Part shown: positions 1-8,184 of the stretch, piece after piece
How the letters are laid out: each line of letters starts with the position of its first letter
Numbering within the stretch: position 1 is the first letter of the stretch
Source of the DNA: Armatimonadota bacterium
Lineage (GTDB): Bacteria; Sysuimicrobiota; Sysuimicrobiia; Sysuimicrobiales; Humicultoraceae
Reading direction: 5' to 3'
NCBI GenBank assembly: GCA_052386995.1
Contig: JBQTJP010000322.1
Coordinates: forward strand, 1-10,912
Length of the DNA stretch: 10,912 bases
The notes under the pieces: generated by a model
Told to the model about the DNA's origin: nothing
Database searches by the model: none
The model's input: only the letters and a program-made list of their open reading frames with translations
Translations under genes and position numbers: made by a program

Positions 1-1439
1 TCGATCTGGCGCCGCTCCACCTCCGGATCGATCTTGAGGGTTGGAATCGCCGGCTCCTCCTCGGCCACGAAGTCGTTGACGCCGACGATGATCCGGTCCT
101 TCCGCTCGAGCTGCTGCTGGAAGCGGAACGACGCGTCGGCGATCTCGCGCATCGGGTACCCGGCCTCGACCGCGGCCACCATCCCGCCGAACTGGTCGAT
201 CGTCCGGATGTAGGCCCAGGCGGCCTCCTCGATCTGGTTCGTCAGGGTCTCGAGGAAGTACGAGCCGCCCAGGGGGTCCACCGTGTCGGCGACGCCGCTC
301 TCGTGGGCGATGATCTGTTGGGTGCGCAGCGCCACCAGGACGGCGTCCTCTGTGGGCAGCGCGTAGGTTTCGTCCATTGAGTTGGTGTGCAGTGACTGCG
401 CCCCGCCCAGCACCGCGGCCAGAGCCTGCAGCGCCACGCGCGTGATGTTGTTGAGCGGCTGCTGCGCGGTGAGCGTCACCCCGGCGGTCTGGGCGTGCGT
501 GCGCAACCACCACGACCGGGGGTTCGTCGCGCCGAAGCGCTCGCGCATGATCTTCGCCCACATCCGGCGGGCGGCGCGGAACTTGGCGATCTCCTCGAAG
601 AAGTCATTGTGAACGTCGAAGAAGAACGACAGCCGCGGCGCAAACGCATCGACGTCCAGTCCGGCCGCCAGCCCGGCCTCCACGTAGGCGATACCGTCGG
701 CCAGCGTGAACGCCAGCTCCTGAACCGCGGTGCTCCCCGCTTCGCGGACGTGGTAGCCGCTGATGCTGATGACGTTCCAGCGCGGGAGCTCGCGTGTGCC
801 GAAGACCAGCATGTCTTGGATCAGGCGCATAGAGGGACGCGGCGGGACGATCCACTCCTTCTGCGCGATGAACTCCTTCAGCATGTCGGTCTGCGTGGTG
901 CCGCCGAGCCGCTCGTGCGGTACGCCCTGGCGCTCGGCCACTGCGAGGTAGAGCGCCAGGAGCACGTTGGCTGGCGCGTTGATCGTCATCGACGTCGTCA
1001 CGCGGTCGAGCGGAATCCCTTTGAAGAGCCGCTCCATGTCCGCCAGCGAGTCGACCGCCACGCCCTCGCGGCCGACCTCGCCCAGCGCGCGCGGGTGGTC
1101 GGAGTCGTAGCCCATCAACGTGGGCATGTCGAACGCTACGGACAGGCCGGTCTGACCCTGCTCGAGCAGGTAGTGGAACCGCCGGTTGGTATCCTCCGCG
1201 CTGCCAAAGCCGGCGAACTGCCGCATGGTCCACAGCCGGCCGCGGTACATCGTCGGATGAATGCCGCGCGTGAAGGGGTACTCCCCGGGGCGCCCGAGGT
1301 CGTCCGCGACGGAGCGCCCGGCCAGATCGTCAGGGCCGTAGGTGCCCTTAACGGGAATGCCCGAGAGCGTCTCCTCAGGAAGGTTGCGACCCGCGCCCGG
1401 ATACCCGCTTGCGGGTCGGGCGTCGCCGCCGTCACGCAT
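1..1439 (-). CDS. icmA: Adenosylcobalamin-dependent acyl-CoA mutase large (substrate-binding) subunit, isobutyryl-CoA mutase type; 3' end beyond the left window edge
   Basis: Absent from the ORF track because it has no stop in the window. Manual translation from ATG 1439, which overlaps the upstream stop as ATGCGTGA, gives MRDGGDARP...[14 protein letters not shown]...[29 protein letters not shown]...[20 protein letters not shown]...[13 protein letters not shown]...[12 protein letters not shown]...[15 protein letters not shown]...[17 protein letters not shown]...[13 protein letters not shown]...DPLGGSY...IIVGVNDF. These are hallmark methylmalonyl-CoA mutase family motifs. The family call is firm; the icmA symbol rests on the F75/Q193 signature. 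Confidence 0.9.
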   Translation of the reverse strand, partial: MRDGGDARPASGYPGAGRNLPEETLSGIPVKGTYGPDDLAGRSVADDLGRPGEYPFTRGIHPTMYRGRLWTMRQFAGFGSAEDTNRRFHYLLEQGQTGLSVAFDMPTLMGYDSDHPRALGEVGREGVAVDSLADMERLFKGIPLDRVTTSMTINAPANVLLALYLAVAERQGVPHERLGGTTQTDMLKEFIAQKEWIVPPRPSMRLIQDMLVFGTRELPRWNVISISGYHVREAGSTAVQELAFTLADGIAYVEAGLAAGLDVDAFAPRLSFFFDVHNDFFEEIAKFRAARRMWAKIMRERFGATNPRSWWLRTHAQTAGVTLTAQQPLNNITRVALQALAAVLGGAQSLHTNSMDETYALPTEDAVLVALRTQQIIAHESGVADTVDPLGGSYFLETLTNQIEEAAWAYIRTIDQFGGMVAAVEAGYPMREIADASFRFQQQLERKDRIIVGVNDFVAEEEPAIPTLKIDPEVERRQI

Positions 1440-3384
1440 GCGTGCTGCGGTCGAGCAGCTCGGCCACGTCCATCGGGCGGATCTCAGACGACGTCGCCGC
1501 CGCGCCGTCTTCCAGCATGAGCAGGCAGAACGGGCAGGCGGTCGCCAGGACCTGCGCGCCCGTGGCAACGGCGTGGTGAGTGCGGACGTGGCTGACCCTC
1601 TGCCCGACGCGATCTTCCACCCAGTACAGGCCCCCCCCGGCACCGCAGCAGAACCCGCGCTCGCGGCACTGAGCCATCTCCACGGCCCGTGCGCCAGGGA
1701 TGGCCGCGAGCACTCGCCGCGGCGCCTCGTACTCGCCGTTGTGGCGGCCCAGGTAGCACGGATCGTGAAAGGTCAGTGACTCGGTCATGGGCGTCGTCGG
1801 CGCGATCCGCCCCTCCTCCACCAGGCGGGCCAGGAGCTGCGTGTGGTGCCAGACCTCGTAGCGGCCCCCGAACTGAGGATATTCGTGCTTGATCGTATTG
1901 TAGCAGTGCGGGCAGGGCGTGACGATCTTCCCAACCCCGAACCGGTTCAGGGTCTCGATGTTCTGCTGCGCCAGGGTCTGGAAGAGGTACTCGTTGCCGA
2001 TGCGCCGGGCCGGATCGCCCGTGCACGTCTCCGCGTCGCCCAGGATCGCGACGTCGACGCCGGCGGCGGTCAGCAGGCGCACGAGCGCGCGTATCGGCGG
2101 GTGATTGCGCTCATTGAGCGCCGACGCGCATCCGACCCAGAGAAGCCAGTCGGCGCGCGCGCCCTCGCTCAAGATGTGCACGTTCTGACCCGCCGTCCAC
2201 GCGGTGCGGGAGAAGGCGGCCCCGCGGAAGGGATGACCGCGGGCCTCCAGGCTCCGGAGCGCCTCGCCCATCGTCGCCGGCACGCGGGCCTCTTCCATGG
2301 TCAGATGCCGGCGCATCTCCACGATCTTGTCAATGTGGTCGTTCATCGCCGGGCACTCCTCGACGCAGGCGCCGCAGGTCAGGCACTGCCACAGGAAGTC
2401 CTCCGAGAACACCCCGCCGACGAGGGGAGGCGCTGCCTCACCGGCGCGCGACTCGAGCGCCAGCTGCCCGCGCAAATCGGTGTGCAGGCGCCGGGGATCG
2501 AGCTCTTTTCCGGTGCTGTTGGCCGGGCAGGCCTCGACGCAGCGCCCACACTCCATGCAGGCGAAGGTGTCGAGGTTGTCCTTCCATGTGAAGTGCTCCG
2601 CGCGAGATGCGCCCAGGTGGTCGGCCCGCTCGATGTCGATCGCCGCCAGCGCGCCCCTGGGTCGGCGCTTGCGCAGAAGCACGTTTGCGACGACGGTGAT
2701 CAGGTGCAGGTGCTTGCCCTGGGGGATCACGGTAAGGAAGGTGAGGATGATCAACAGATGGCCCCACCAGGCGACTTCGAAGATGCCCCGCGTGACCGCG
2801 TGCGGGGCCGGCGCCAGCCAGCCGGCCACGAGCGACGATAGTGGCGCGCCGTCGGCCCACACGGGGCGCTCGAGCGCGATCTGGCCGGCGCGCGAGAGCA
2901 GCAGCGTCACCATGATCCCCGTGATGAAGATGAGGATCATGTAGGCGCTCCGCTGGTTCTGACCGGCTAAGCGACGCGGCCGAAGGACCAGCCGCCACCA
3001 GAGATCCATCGCGATGCCCGTGAGCACGAGCACGATGAACAAGTCTTGGAGAGCGGCCAATACCGGAGAGGCACCGATGAGCGGAAGCGTCCAGCCCGGT
3101 CGGAACGCCTCTCCGATCGCCTGCACGATCGTGGTGGACAGGATCAGGAATCCCCAGAAGATCAGCACATGCATGATCCCCGCCAGCGGCTGGCGCAGCA
3201 CCTTGCGATGTCCCAGGACCTGCACGAGCAGATCCCGGACACCCACACTCAGGGGCTGCAGCGGAACGGGACCGCCGCCAAGGCGGATGAGCCGGTAAAT
3301 GTGCAGGAGCTTCGCGGCGAAGATCCCCACAGAGGCGATGAGCAGGGGGACTGCGATTGCGGCCCGCCACCAGGGCAGCGCCAT
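1432..3384 (-). CDS. Membrane-bound Fe-S oxidoreductase, FadF/EtfD (ETF:menaquinone oxidoreductase-like) family: heme-b membrane domain, 2x[4Fe-4S], two CCG domains
   Basis: 650 aa with about 5 N-terminal hydrophobic helices carrying candidate heme His ([21 protein letters not shown]). Ferredoxin motifs [12 protein letters not shown] and [15 protein letters not shown]-domain motifs WVGC...[10 protein letters not shown]...CPHC and FHDPCYLGR...CCGAGGG...TACPFC. Lies directly downstream of etfBA. Confidence 0.9.
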   Translation of the reverse strand: MALPWWRAAIAVPLLIASVGIFAAKLLHIYRLIRLGGGPVPLQPLSVGVRDLLVQVLGHRKVLRQPLAGIMHVLIFWGFLILSTTIVQAIGEAFRPGWTLPLIGASPVLAALQDLFIVLVLTGIAMDLWWRLVLRPRRLAGQNQRSAYMILIFITGIMVTLLLSRAGQIALERPVWADGAPLSSLVAGWLAPAPHAVTRGIFEVAWWGHLLIILTFLTVIPQGKHLHLITVVANVLLRKRRPRGALAAIDIERADHLGASRAEHFTWKDNLDTFACMECGRCVEACPANSTGKELDPRRLHTDLRGQLALESRAGEAAPPLVGGVFSEDFLWQCLTCGACVEECPAMNDHIDKIVEMRRHLTMEEARVPATMGEALRSLEARGHPFRGAAFSRTAWTAGQNVHILSEGARADWLLWVGCASALNERNHPPIRALVRLLTAAGVDVAILGDAETCTGDPARRIGNEYLFQTLAQQNIETLNRFGVGKIVTPCPHCYNTIKHEYPQFGGRYEVWHHTQLLARLVEEGRIAPTTPMTESLTFHDPCYLGRHNGEYEAPRRVLAAIPGARAVEMAQCRERGFCCGAGGGLYWVEDRVGQRVSHVRTHHAVATGAQVLATACPFCLLMLEDGAAATSSEIRPMDVAELLDRSTHA

Positions 3385-3388
3385 CAGA

Positions 3389-4375
3389 TCAATGACCTTT
3401 GAGCTGTTTGATCTTGGCGATCAACGGGGGCAGCACCTCGCGATAGTCGCCGACGATGCCGAGATGCGCGACACCGAAGATCGGCGCCTCGGGATCGCGG
3501 TTGATGGCGACGATCGTGCGCGAGCCGGCCATGCCGGCGACGTGCTGCGTCGCCCCCGAGATGCCCACGGCGATATACAGCGCCGGCCGGATCGTCTTGC
3601 CTGTCTGGCCGATCTGCCAGGAGATCGGCACCCATCCGGCGTCGGCGGGTGGTCGCGAGGATCCGACCGCGCCGCCGAGAACCTCGGCCAGCGCGTTGAT
3701 CGCGGCAAACCCGTCGGGACCGCCCAGGCCCCGGCCTCCCCCAACTACGATCTGCGCATCCTCCAGGCCGACCTCGGATTTCTCCCTGACGACCTCTCGC
3801 ACCCGCGTGGGCAGGCGCGACAGGTCGATGGTGACCGAGAGCTTCTCCACGGTCCCCTGCACCGGCGCGGCCTCTGGGACATCCAGCACTCGGGGCTTGA
3901 CCGACAGCACCGCGGGGCGGCGCCGCACGACGTATGTCGCCACGGCCCGCCCGCCATACGTCTGACGGCGAGCCACGATCTCACCGCCGTCACGCCTGAG
4001 CTCAACGCACTCCGTGACCAGGCCCGCGCCCAGGCGGTGGGCGAGCCGGGGCGCGACCTCACGGCCAACGGTATCCGCGCTCACAAGGATGACGTCCGGG
4101 TGAGCCTTCTGTGCCACCTGCTCGGCCGCAACGAGAAAAGCGTCGGACTGCCCGACGTCCAGCGCGGGGTCATCGACGCTGTACACGGAGGCCACACCGT
4201 GCTGATGCAGCGCCTCCGCCGCCGCCTGAAACCCCGTGCCGCGTCCCAGCAGGGCGGCCGCAACGCCCCCTCCGGGTTGCCCCGCGGTCAAGGCGCGCGC
4301 GCCCCCGATCAGTTCGAGGCTCGACCGGGAAAGCGAGCCATCGGCCAGGGTCGCGAGGATGAGCACACTCGGCAC
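3389..4375 (-). CDS. etfA: Electron transfer flavoprotein alpha subunit
   Basis: Motifs LEDAQIVVGGGRG, GSSRPPADAGW, QIGQTGKTIRP, YIAVGISGATQH, AINRDPEAPIF. Start placed at GTG 4375 (MPSVLILA, GGAG 8 nt upstream). The ORF track uses GTG 4381. Confidence 0.95.
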   Translation of the reverse strand: MPSVLILATLADGSLSRSSLELIGGARALTAGQPGGGVAAALLGRGTGFQAAAEALHQHGVASVYSVDDPALDVGQSDAFLVAAEQVAQKAHPDVILVSADTVGREVAPRLAHRLGAGLVTECVELRRDGGEIVARRQTYGGRAVATYVVRRRPAVLSVKPRVLDVPEAAPVQGTVEKLSVTIDLSRLPTRVREVVREKSEVGLEDAQIVVGGGRGLGGPDGFAAINALAEVLGGAVGSSRPPADAGWVPISWQIGQTGKTIRPALYIAVGISGATQHVAGMAGSRTIVAINRDPEAPIFGVAHLGIVGDYREVLPPLIAKIKQLKGH

Positions 4376-4389
4376 GCGCACGTCTCCGT

Positions 4390-5196
4390 CTACAGGAGCT
4401 TCAACGCGCGCAGCCGCTGCGCGAGCTGTTCGGCCTGCTCGGCGGGATCACCCTGGAGAAACTCGCAGCGCGCGGTCCGCTGCGGAATAGCCACTTCGCG
4501 GATCTCCACGCCCTCCGAGGTGGTCTCGGCCCCTCCATCGCTTCCCGCCGCGCCCAGGTCCGCGGACAACCAGACCTGCGTCGGCTTGCGCTTGGCGGTG
4601 ATGATGTCTTTCACCTTCGGCAGGCGGGGCTTGTTCGACTCGTCGCTCGTGATCGAGAGCACGGCCGGCAGTCGAGCCTCCACCACGTGCACGCCGTCTT
4701 CGGCCTGGCGGCGCGCGATCACCATCCCGTCGCGCACCTCAACCTTCGACACGAAGGTCACGCACGCGGCCCCGAGTTCTTCGGCCATGAGGGGCGCCAC
4801 CACCCTCTCCACCCAGTCCGCCGATTCGCACCCGGTCAGCACCAGATCGAAATGACCGATCTTCCGAAGAGCCGCGGCGAGCCGCGCGGCCTTGACCGCG
4901 CCCGGCCGACGAGGACTTTCTGGATCATCGACAACCACGGCCTCGTCCGCGCCCATCGCCAGCGCGAGGCGAATCGCATCGCCGATCGTGGCCTGGGGCG
5001 CGATCGTCAGTGCCGTCACCTTGACGGAGTCGCGGTCCTTCAGCTGAAGGGCGACCTCCAGCGCGTTTTCATCGTACGTCGACAAGACCAGCGGGCGGCC
5101 CTCGCGCACCTGCTGGCCGGTGGCCGGGTCGATGGCAAAGTCCCGCGCGGGCAATTCGGGATCGACGACCTGCTTGAGGCACACCACCACGTTCAT
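4390..5196 (-). CDS. etfB: Electron transfer flavoprotein beta subunit
   Basis: MNVVVCLKQVVDP, YDENALEVALQLK, ALAMGADEA, LPAVLSIT...NKPRLP; adjacent to etfA. Confidence 0.95.
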   Translation of the reverse strand: MNVVVCLKQVVDPELPARDFAIDPATGQQVREGRPLVLSTYDENALEVALQLKDRDSVKVTALTIAPQATIGDAIRLALAMGADEAVVVDDPESPRRPGAVKAARLAAALRKIGHFDLVLTGCESADWVERVVAPLMAEELGAACVTFVSKVEVRDGMVIARRQAEDGVHVVEARLPAVLSITSDESNKPRLPKVKDIITAKRKPTQVWLSADLGAAGSDGGAETTSEGVEIREVAIPQRTARCEFLQGDPAEQAEQLAQRLRALKLL

Positions 5197-5200
5197 GGGA

Positions 5201-6346
5201 TCAGGCCTCGGCCAGCAGGCGCCGCGAGATCACCACGCGCTGGATCTCTGACGTCCCCTCGTAGATCTCGGTGATCTTGGCATCGCGAAAGTACCGTTCG
5301 ACCGGGTAGTCCTGGATGTAGCCGTAGCCGCCGAACAACTGCACCGCGCGGTGGGCCGCCCACATGGCGGTCTCGGAGGCGAAGACCTTCGCCATCGCGG
5401 CTTCTTTGGTGCAGGGCTGTCCCGCGCCCCGCAGCGCGGCCGCCCGGTGCGTCAGCATGCGGGCCGCGTCCAGACGGGTCGCCATATCGGCCAGGGCCCA
5501 CCGGACGGCCTGAAACTCGGCGATGGGGCGGCCGAATTGCTGCCGCTGCTGCACGTACGCCGCCGATTCTTCGAGGCACGCGCGCGTGATCCCCAACGCC
5601 TGCGCCGCGATACCGATGCGGCCGCCGTCCAGTGTGGCAAGCGCGATCTTGGCGCCTTCGCCGCGGGCGCCCAGCAGGTTTTCGGCAGGCACCCGGCAGG
5701 CCTCGAAGACCAGCTCCGCCGTCGACGAGCATTTGATCCCGAGTTTCTTTTCGACCTTCCCCACGGTCAGGCCGGGGAACGATTTCTCGACCAGGAATGC
5801 CGAAATTCCCCCGGCGCCCGCGACGCCTTCTGTGCGCGCGTAGACTACACAGAGGTCGGCCTCCACGCCGTTGGTGACGAAGATCTTCGTCCCCGACAGG
5901 ATCCACTCGCCGTCACGCCGCGTCGCCGTGGTGCGCAGCGCCATCGCGTCTGACCCGGCGGCCGGCTCTGTCAGACAGTAGCATCCCAGGCGCCGGCCCG
6001 CGACCAGATCGGGAAGATACCTGCGCTTTTGGGCTTCCGTTCCCCACCGCACGATCGGATCGCAGACCAGGGAGTTGTTCACCGTGACAATGGTCTGGAA
6101 GCCTGCCGACGCTCTGGCAAGCTCTTCCTGCACGATCACATTGGCCACGGGGTCGAGGCCGGCGCCGCCGTACTCCTCTGGAACAGTCAGTCCCATCAGG
6201 CCAATTGCCGCGGCGCGGGCGACAATCTCGGCGGGAAACCGAGCCTCATGATCGAGCTCGGCCGCCACGGGCATGAGCTCGCGCGATGCGAACTCCCGAA
6301 CGGTCTCCCGGATCACCCGGTGTTCGTCGGTACCGGCCACGACCAT
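5201..6346 (-). CDS. Acyl-CoA dehydrogenase, short/branched-chain (butyryl-CoA dehydrogenase-like)
   Basis: About 381 aa with motifs CLTEPAAGSDA, GTKIFVTNG, KLGIKCSST, LDGGRIGIAAQALG, RQQFGRPI, QLFGGYGY, and YEGTSEIQR (catalytic Glu in the SCAD/MCAD position). Start is ATG 6346 or GTG 6352. Confidence 0.93.
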   Translation of the reverse strand: MVVAGTDEHRVIRETVREFASRELMPVAAELDHEARFPAEIVARAAAIGLMGLTVPEEYGGAGLDPVANVIVQEELARASAGFQTIVTVNNSLVCDPIVRWGTEAQKRRYLPDLVAGRRLGCYCLTEPAAGSDAMALRTTATRRDGEWILSGTKIFVTNGVEADLCVVYARTEGVAGAGGISAFLVEKSFPGLTVGKVEKKLGIKCSSTAELVFEACRVPAENLLGARGEGAKIALATLDGGRIGIAAQALGITRACLEESAAYVQQRQQFGRPIAEFQAVRWALADMATRLDAARMLTHRAAALRGAGQPCTKEAAMAKVFASETAMWAAHRAVQLFGGYGYIQDYPVERYFRDAKITEIYEGTSEIQRVVISRRLLAEA

Positions 6347-6355
6347 GCGCACGTC

Positions 6356-8098
6356 TCAGCGATACGGCGTCCGGTAGAAGATCGTCTCGATATCGAAAAA
6401 GGCCAGGGGCCCAGGACTGAAGTTCGCCAGTGTATTTCGAAAGGCCGGCTGGGTCAGCGTCGTTGCGAAGTAGATCAACGGCACCTGCTCGGCGACGATC
6501 TCCTGCCACCGGTTGTAAAGTTGCTTGCGCTTGTTCTGGTCGACGGTGGTCGCGGCCTGGTCGAAGATCCGGTCGATCTCGGTCTCCCAGTCGGTGGCAG
6601 CCTTCTCCTGCTTGGGCCACCACATATGCAGTGAGCCGGTCGACTTCCAGATGTTCTGGCTGGTATGGGGCTCCACTCCTCCGGTAAGACCGATGATGAT
6701 GGCCTCCCACTGGAAGGTGCCGGTGAGTTTCCCCACCAGCGTGTTGAATGCTTCCGGCGCGGCGGTCACGCGCATCCCCAGCCTCGTCAGGTCCTGCCGC
6801 AGCAGGTTCATGATCGCCTCACGGTCCTGGTTGCCGGCGTTGGTGGACAGCGTGAACTCGACGATGTTCCCTGCGGAGTCGCGCAGAAGGCCGTCGGGCC
6901 CCTTCGCAAACCCCGCCTCTCGCAACAGCGCCTCCGCCCGGGCGATGTCATGGGGGTATTTCCGCGTGTTGGGGTTGAAGAAGAACTTGTTCGCAGGGCT
7001 CGTCGGGCTGAACTGCGCGGTCGCGCGGCCCGCATAGACCTGCCGGATGACGGCGTCGCGGTCGATGGCATGACTCACGGCCTGGCGGAACTTCAGATTC
7101 TGGAACCAGGTCAGCTTCGGCGGGCGCACCCCGGCCGGATTCATATTGAAGACGACAAATTCGGTCGAGAACGTCGGCGGACCGTCGAAGATCGTGAAGT
7201 TCCCGGCCTGTTGCTGGCCGCGAAGCTCGGCGAACTCGCGCGGCCGCGCGCCGTAGGAGTCGGTCTCTTTCGCCATGAACTTCAGGCGCGCCTGATCCTG
7301 GTTGGGCACGATCTCGACGACGAGCCGCGCCAGGTACGGCAGCCGCTGTCCCTTCTTGTCCACCTTCCAGTACTTGGAGTTTCGTACGAACAGCATCCGC
7401 TGCCCGGGGACATAGGTGTGCATGGTGAACGCGCCGCTGCCGATAATCTCGCGCGGTGGCGTGTTGACCCCCCAGGTCCTGTTGAACTCCGCGGCACCTT
7501 TCTTCAACGCTTCCTCGAGTCTGTGTTTGGGAAGGATCGAGAATCCTATCGTGCGCAGGAGCGGCCCAAATGGCTCGTCGGTTTTGAACTCAACGGTCAG
7601 GTTGTCGATCTTCTTGTAGCCGATCTTCTTTCCCGCAATCGTCAGGACGTCCCGCAGGCTCGTCTGCACCCCATCGGTGAAAGCGGCATCGAGGGTGAAC
7701 ACTACATCATCGGCCGTCACCGGCTTCGCGTCGAACCACTGCACCCCCGCCCGCATCTTGAACCGCCAGGTCCGGCCGTCCCGGCTCACCGTCCACGACT
7801 CAGCCAGGTTGGGCTCGACCTCGGTGGACGTGCGGTTCGTCTGCACCAGGCCTTCGAACATGTAGCCCAGCGGTACGGTCGATGAGGTTTCTTGGGCGAC
7901 GAGGCGGTTGAATGTCCGCGGATCGGAGATCGAGCTCACCACGAACGTCCCGCCGAAGCGGCCGGCGTCGGCGGCCTCGACGATGAGCGGATTGGGCACG
8001 TCCGGCAGTGCGGCCTGAGACTGGGCGAGGGCCGGCGCCGTCATGCTCAGAGCCGCCGCGGCAGCCACCAGCACCATCCGAGAAACGAACCGAGTCAT
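6356..8098 (-). CDS. ABC transporter substrate-binding protein, family 5 (peptide/nickel, OppA/DppA-like)
   Basis: ATG 8098 follows GGGGGGATGAGG. Sec signal peptide MTRFVSRMVLVAAAAALSMTAPALA|Q. Family-5 motifs PNLAESWTVSRDGRTWRFKMR...VTADDVVFT, FRQAVSHAIDRD, RKQLYNRWQEIVAEQVPLIYF. 580 aa. Confidence 0.93.
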   Translation of the reverse strand: MTRFVSRMVLVAAAAALSMTAPALAQSQAALPDVPNPLIVEAADAGRFGGTFVVSSISDPRTFNRLVAQETSSTVPLGYMFEGLVQTNRTSTEVEPNLAESWTVSRDGRTWRFKMRAGVQWFDAKPVTADDVVFTLDAAFTDGVQTSLRDVLTIAGKKIGYKKIDNLTVEFKTDEPFGPLLRTIGFSILPKHRLEEALKKGAAEFNRTWGVNTPPREIIGSGAFTMHTYVPGQRMLFVRNSKYWKVDKKGQRLPYLARLVVEIVPNQDQARLKFMAKETDSYGARPREFAELRGQQQAGNFTIFDGPPTFSTEFVVFNMNPAGVRPPKLTWFQNLKFRQAVSHAIDRDAVIRQVYAGRATAQFSPTSPANKFFFNPNTRKYPHDIARAEALLREAGFAKGPDGLLRDSAGNIVEFTLSTNAGNQDREAIMNLLRQDLTRLGMRVTAAPEAFNTLVGKLTGTFQWEAIIIGLTGGVEPHTSQNIWKSTGSLHMWWPKQEKAATDWETEIDRIFDQAATTVDQNKRKQLYNRWQEIVAEQVPLIYFATTLTQPAFRNTLANFSPGPLAFFDIETIFYRTPYR

Positions 8099-8113
8099 GT
8101 CCTCATCCCCCCT

Positions 8114-8126
8114 GTCCACTCCCACA
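8114..8126. repeat. 13-bp direct repeat, copy 1 (GTCCACTCCCACA)
   Basis: Exact match to 10168-10180; lies in the intergenic region upstream of the first SBP gene. Confidence 0.85.
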
Positions 8127-8161
8127 GATGCGGTACGCTTCCCTGGGACGGTTTCCTGCCA

Positions 8162-8168
8162 TACACTA
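8162..8168. promoter_or_regulatory. Candidate overlapping divergent -10 elements (TACACT on +, TAGTGT on -)
   Basis: The most AT-rich patch of the divergent intergenic region 8099-8184. Both strands read TANNNT. No convincing -35 element was found. Confidence 0.3.
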
Positions 8169-8184
8169 AGGCACTGACCCGGAG

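Noticed and set aside
604..1435. Minus-strand ORFs 1136-1435 and 604-1233, suggesting a frameshifted or split mutase
   Set aside because: The true mutase frame is continuous from ATG 1439 to the window edge; these are alternative frames.
2010..2035. CTG instead of CCG in the first CCG domain of the Fe-S oxidoreductase
   Set aside because: To my knowledge a common variant in FadF/EtfD-family proteins; not evidence of inactivation.
495..7885. Long plus-strand ORFs (495-1520, 1843-2841, 3299-4855, 5351-5953, 6665-7885 and others)
   Set aside because: Antisense shadows of well-supported minus-strand genes, typical of high-GC DNA; no recognisable motifs.
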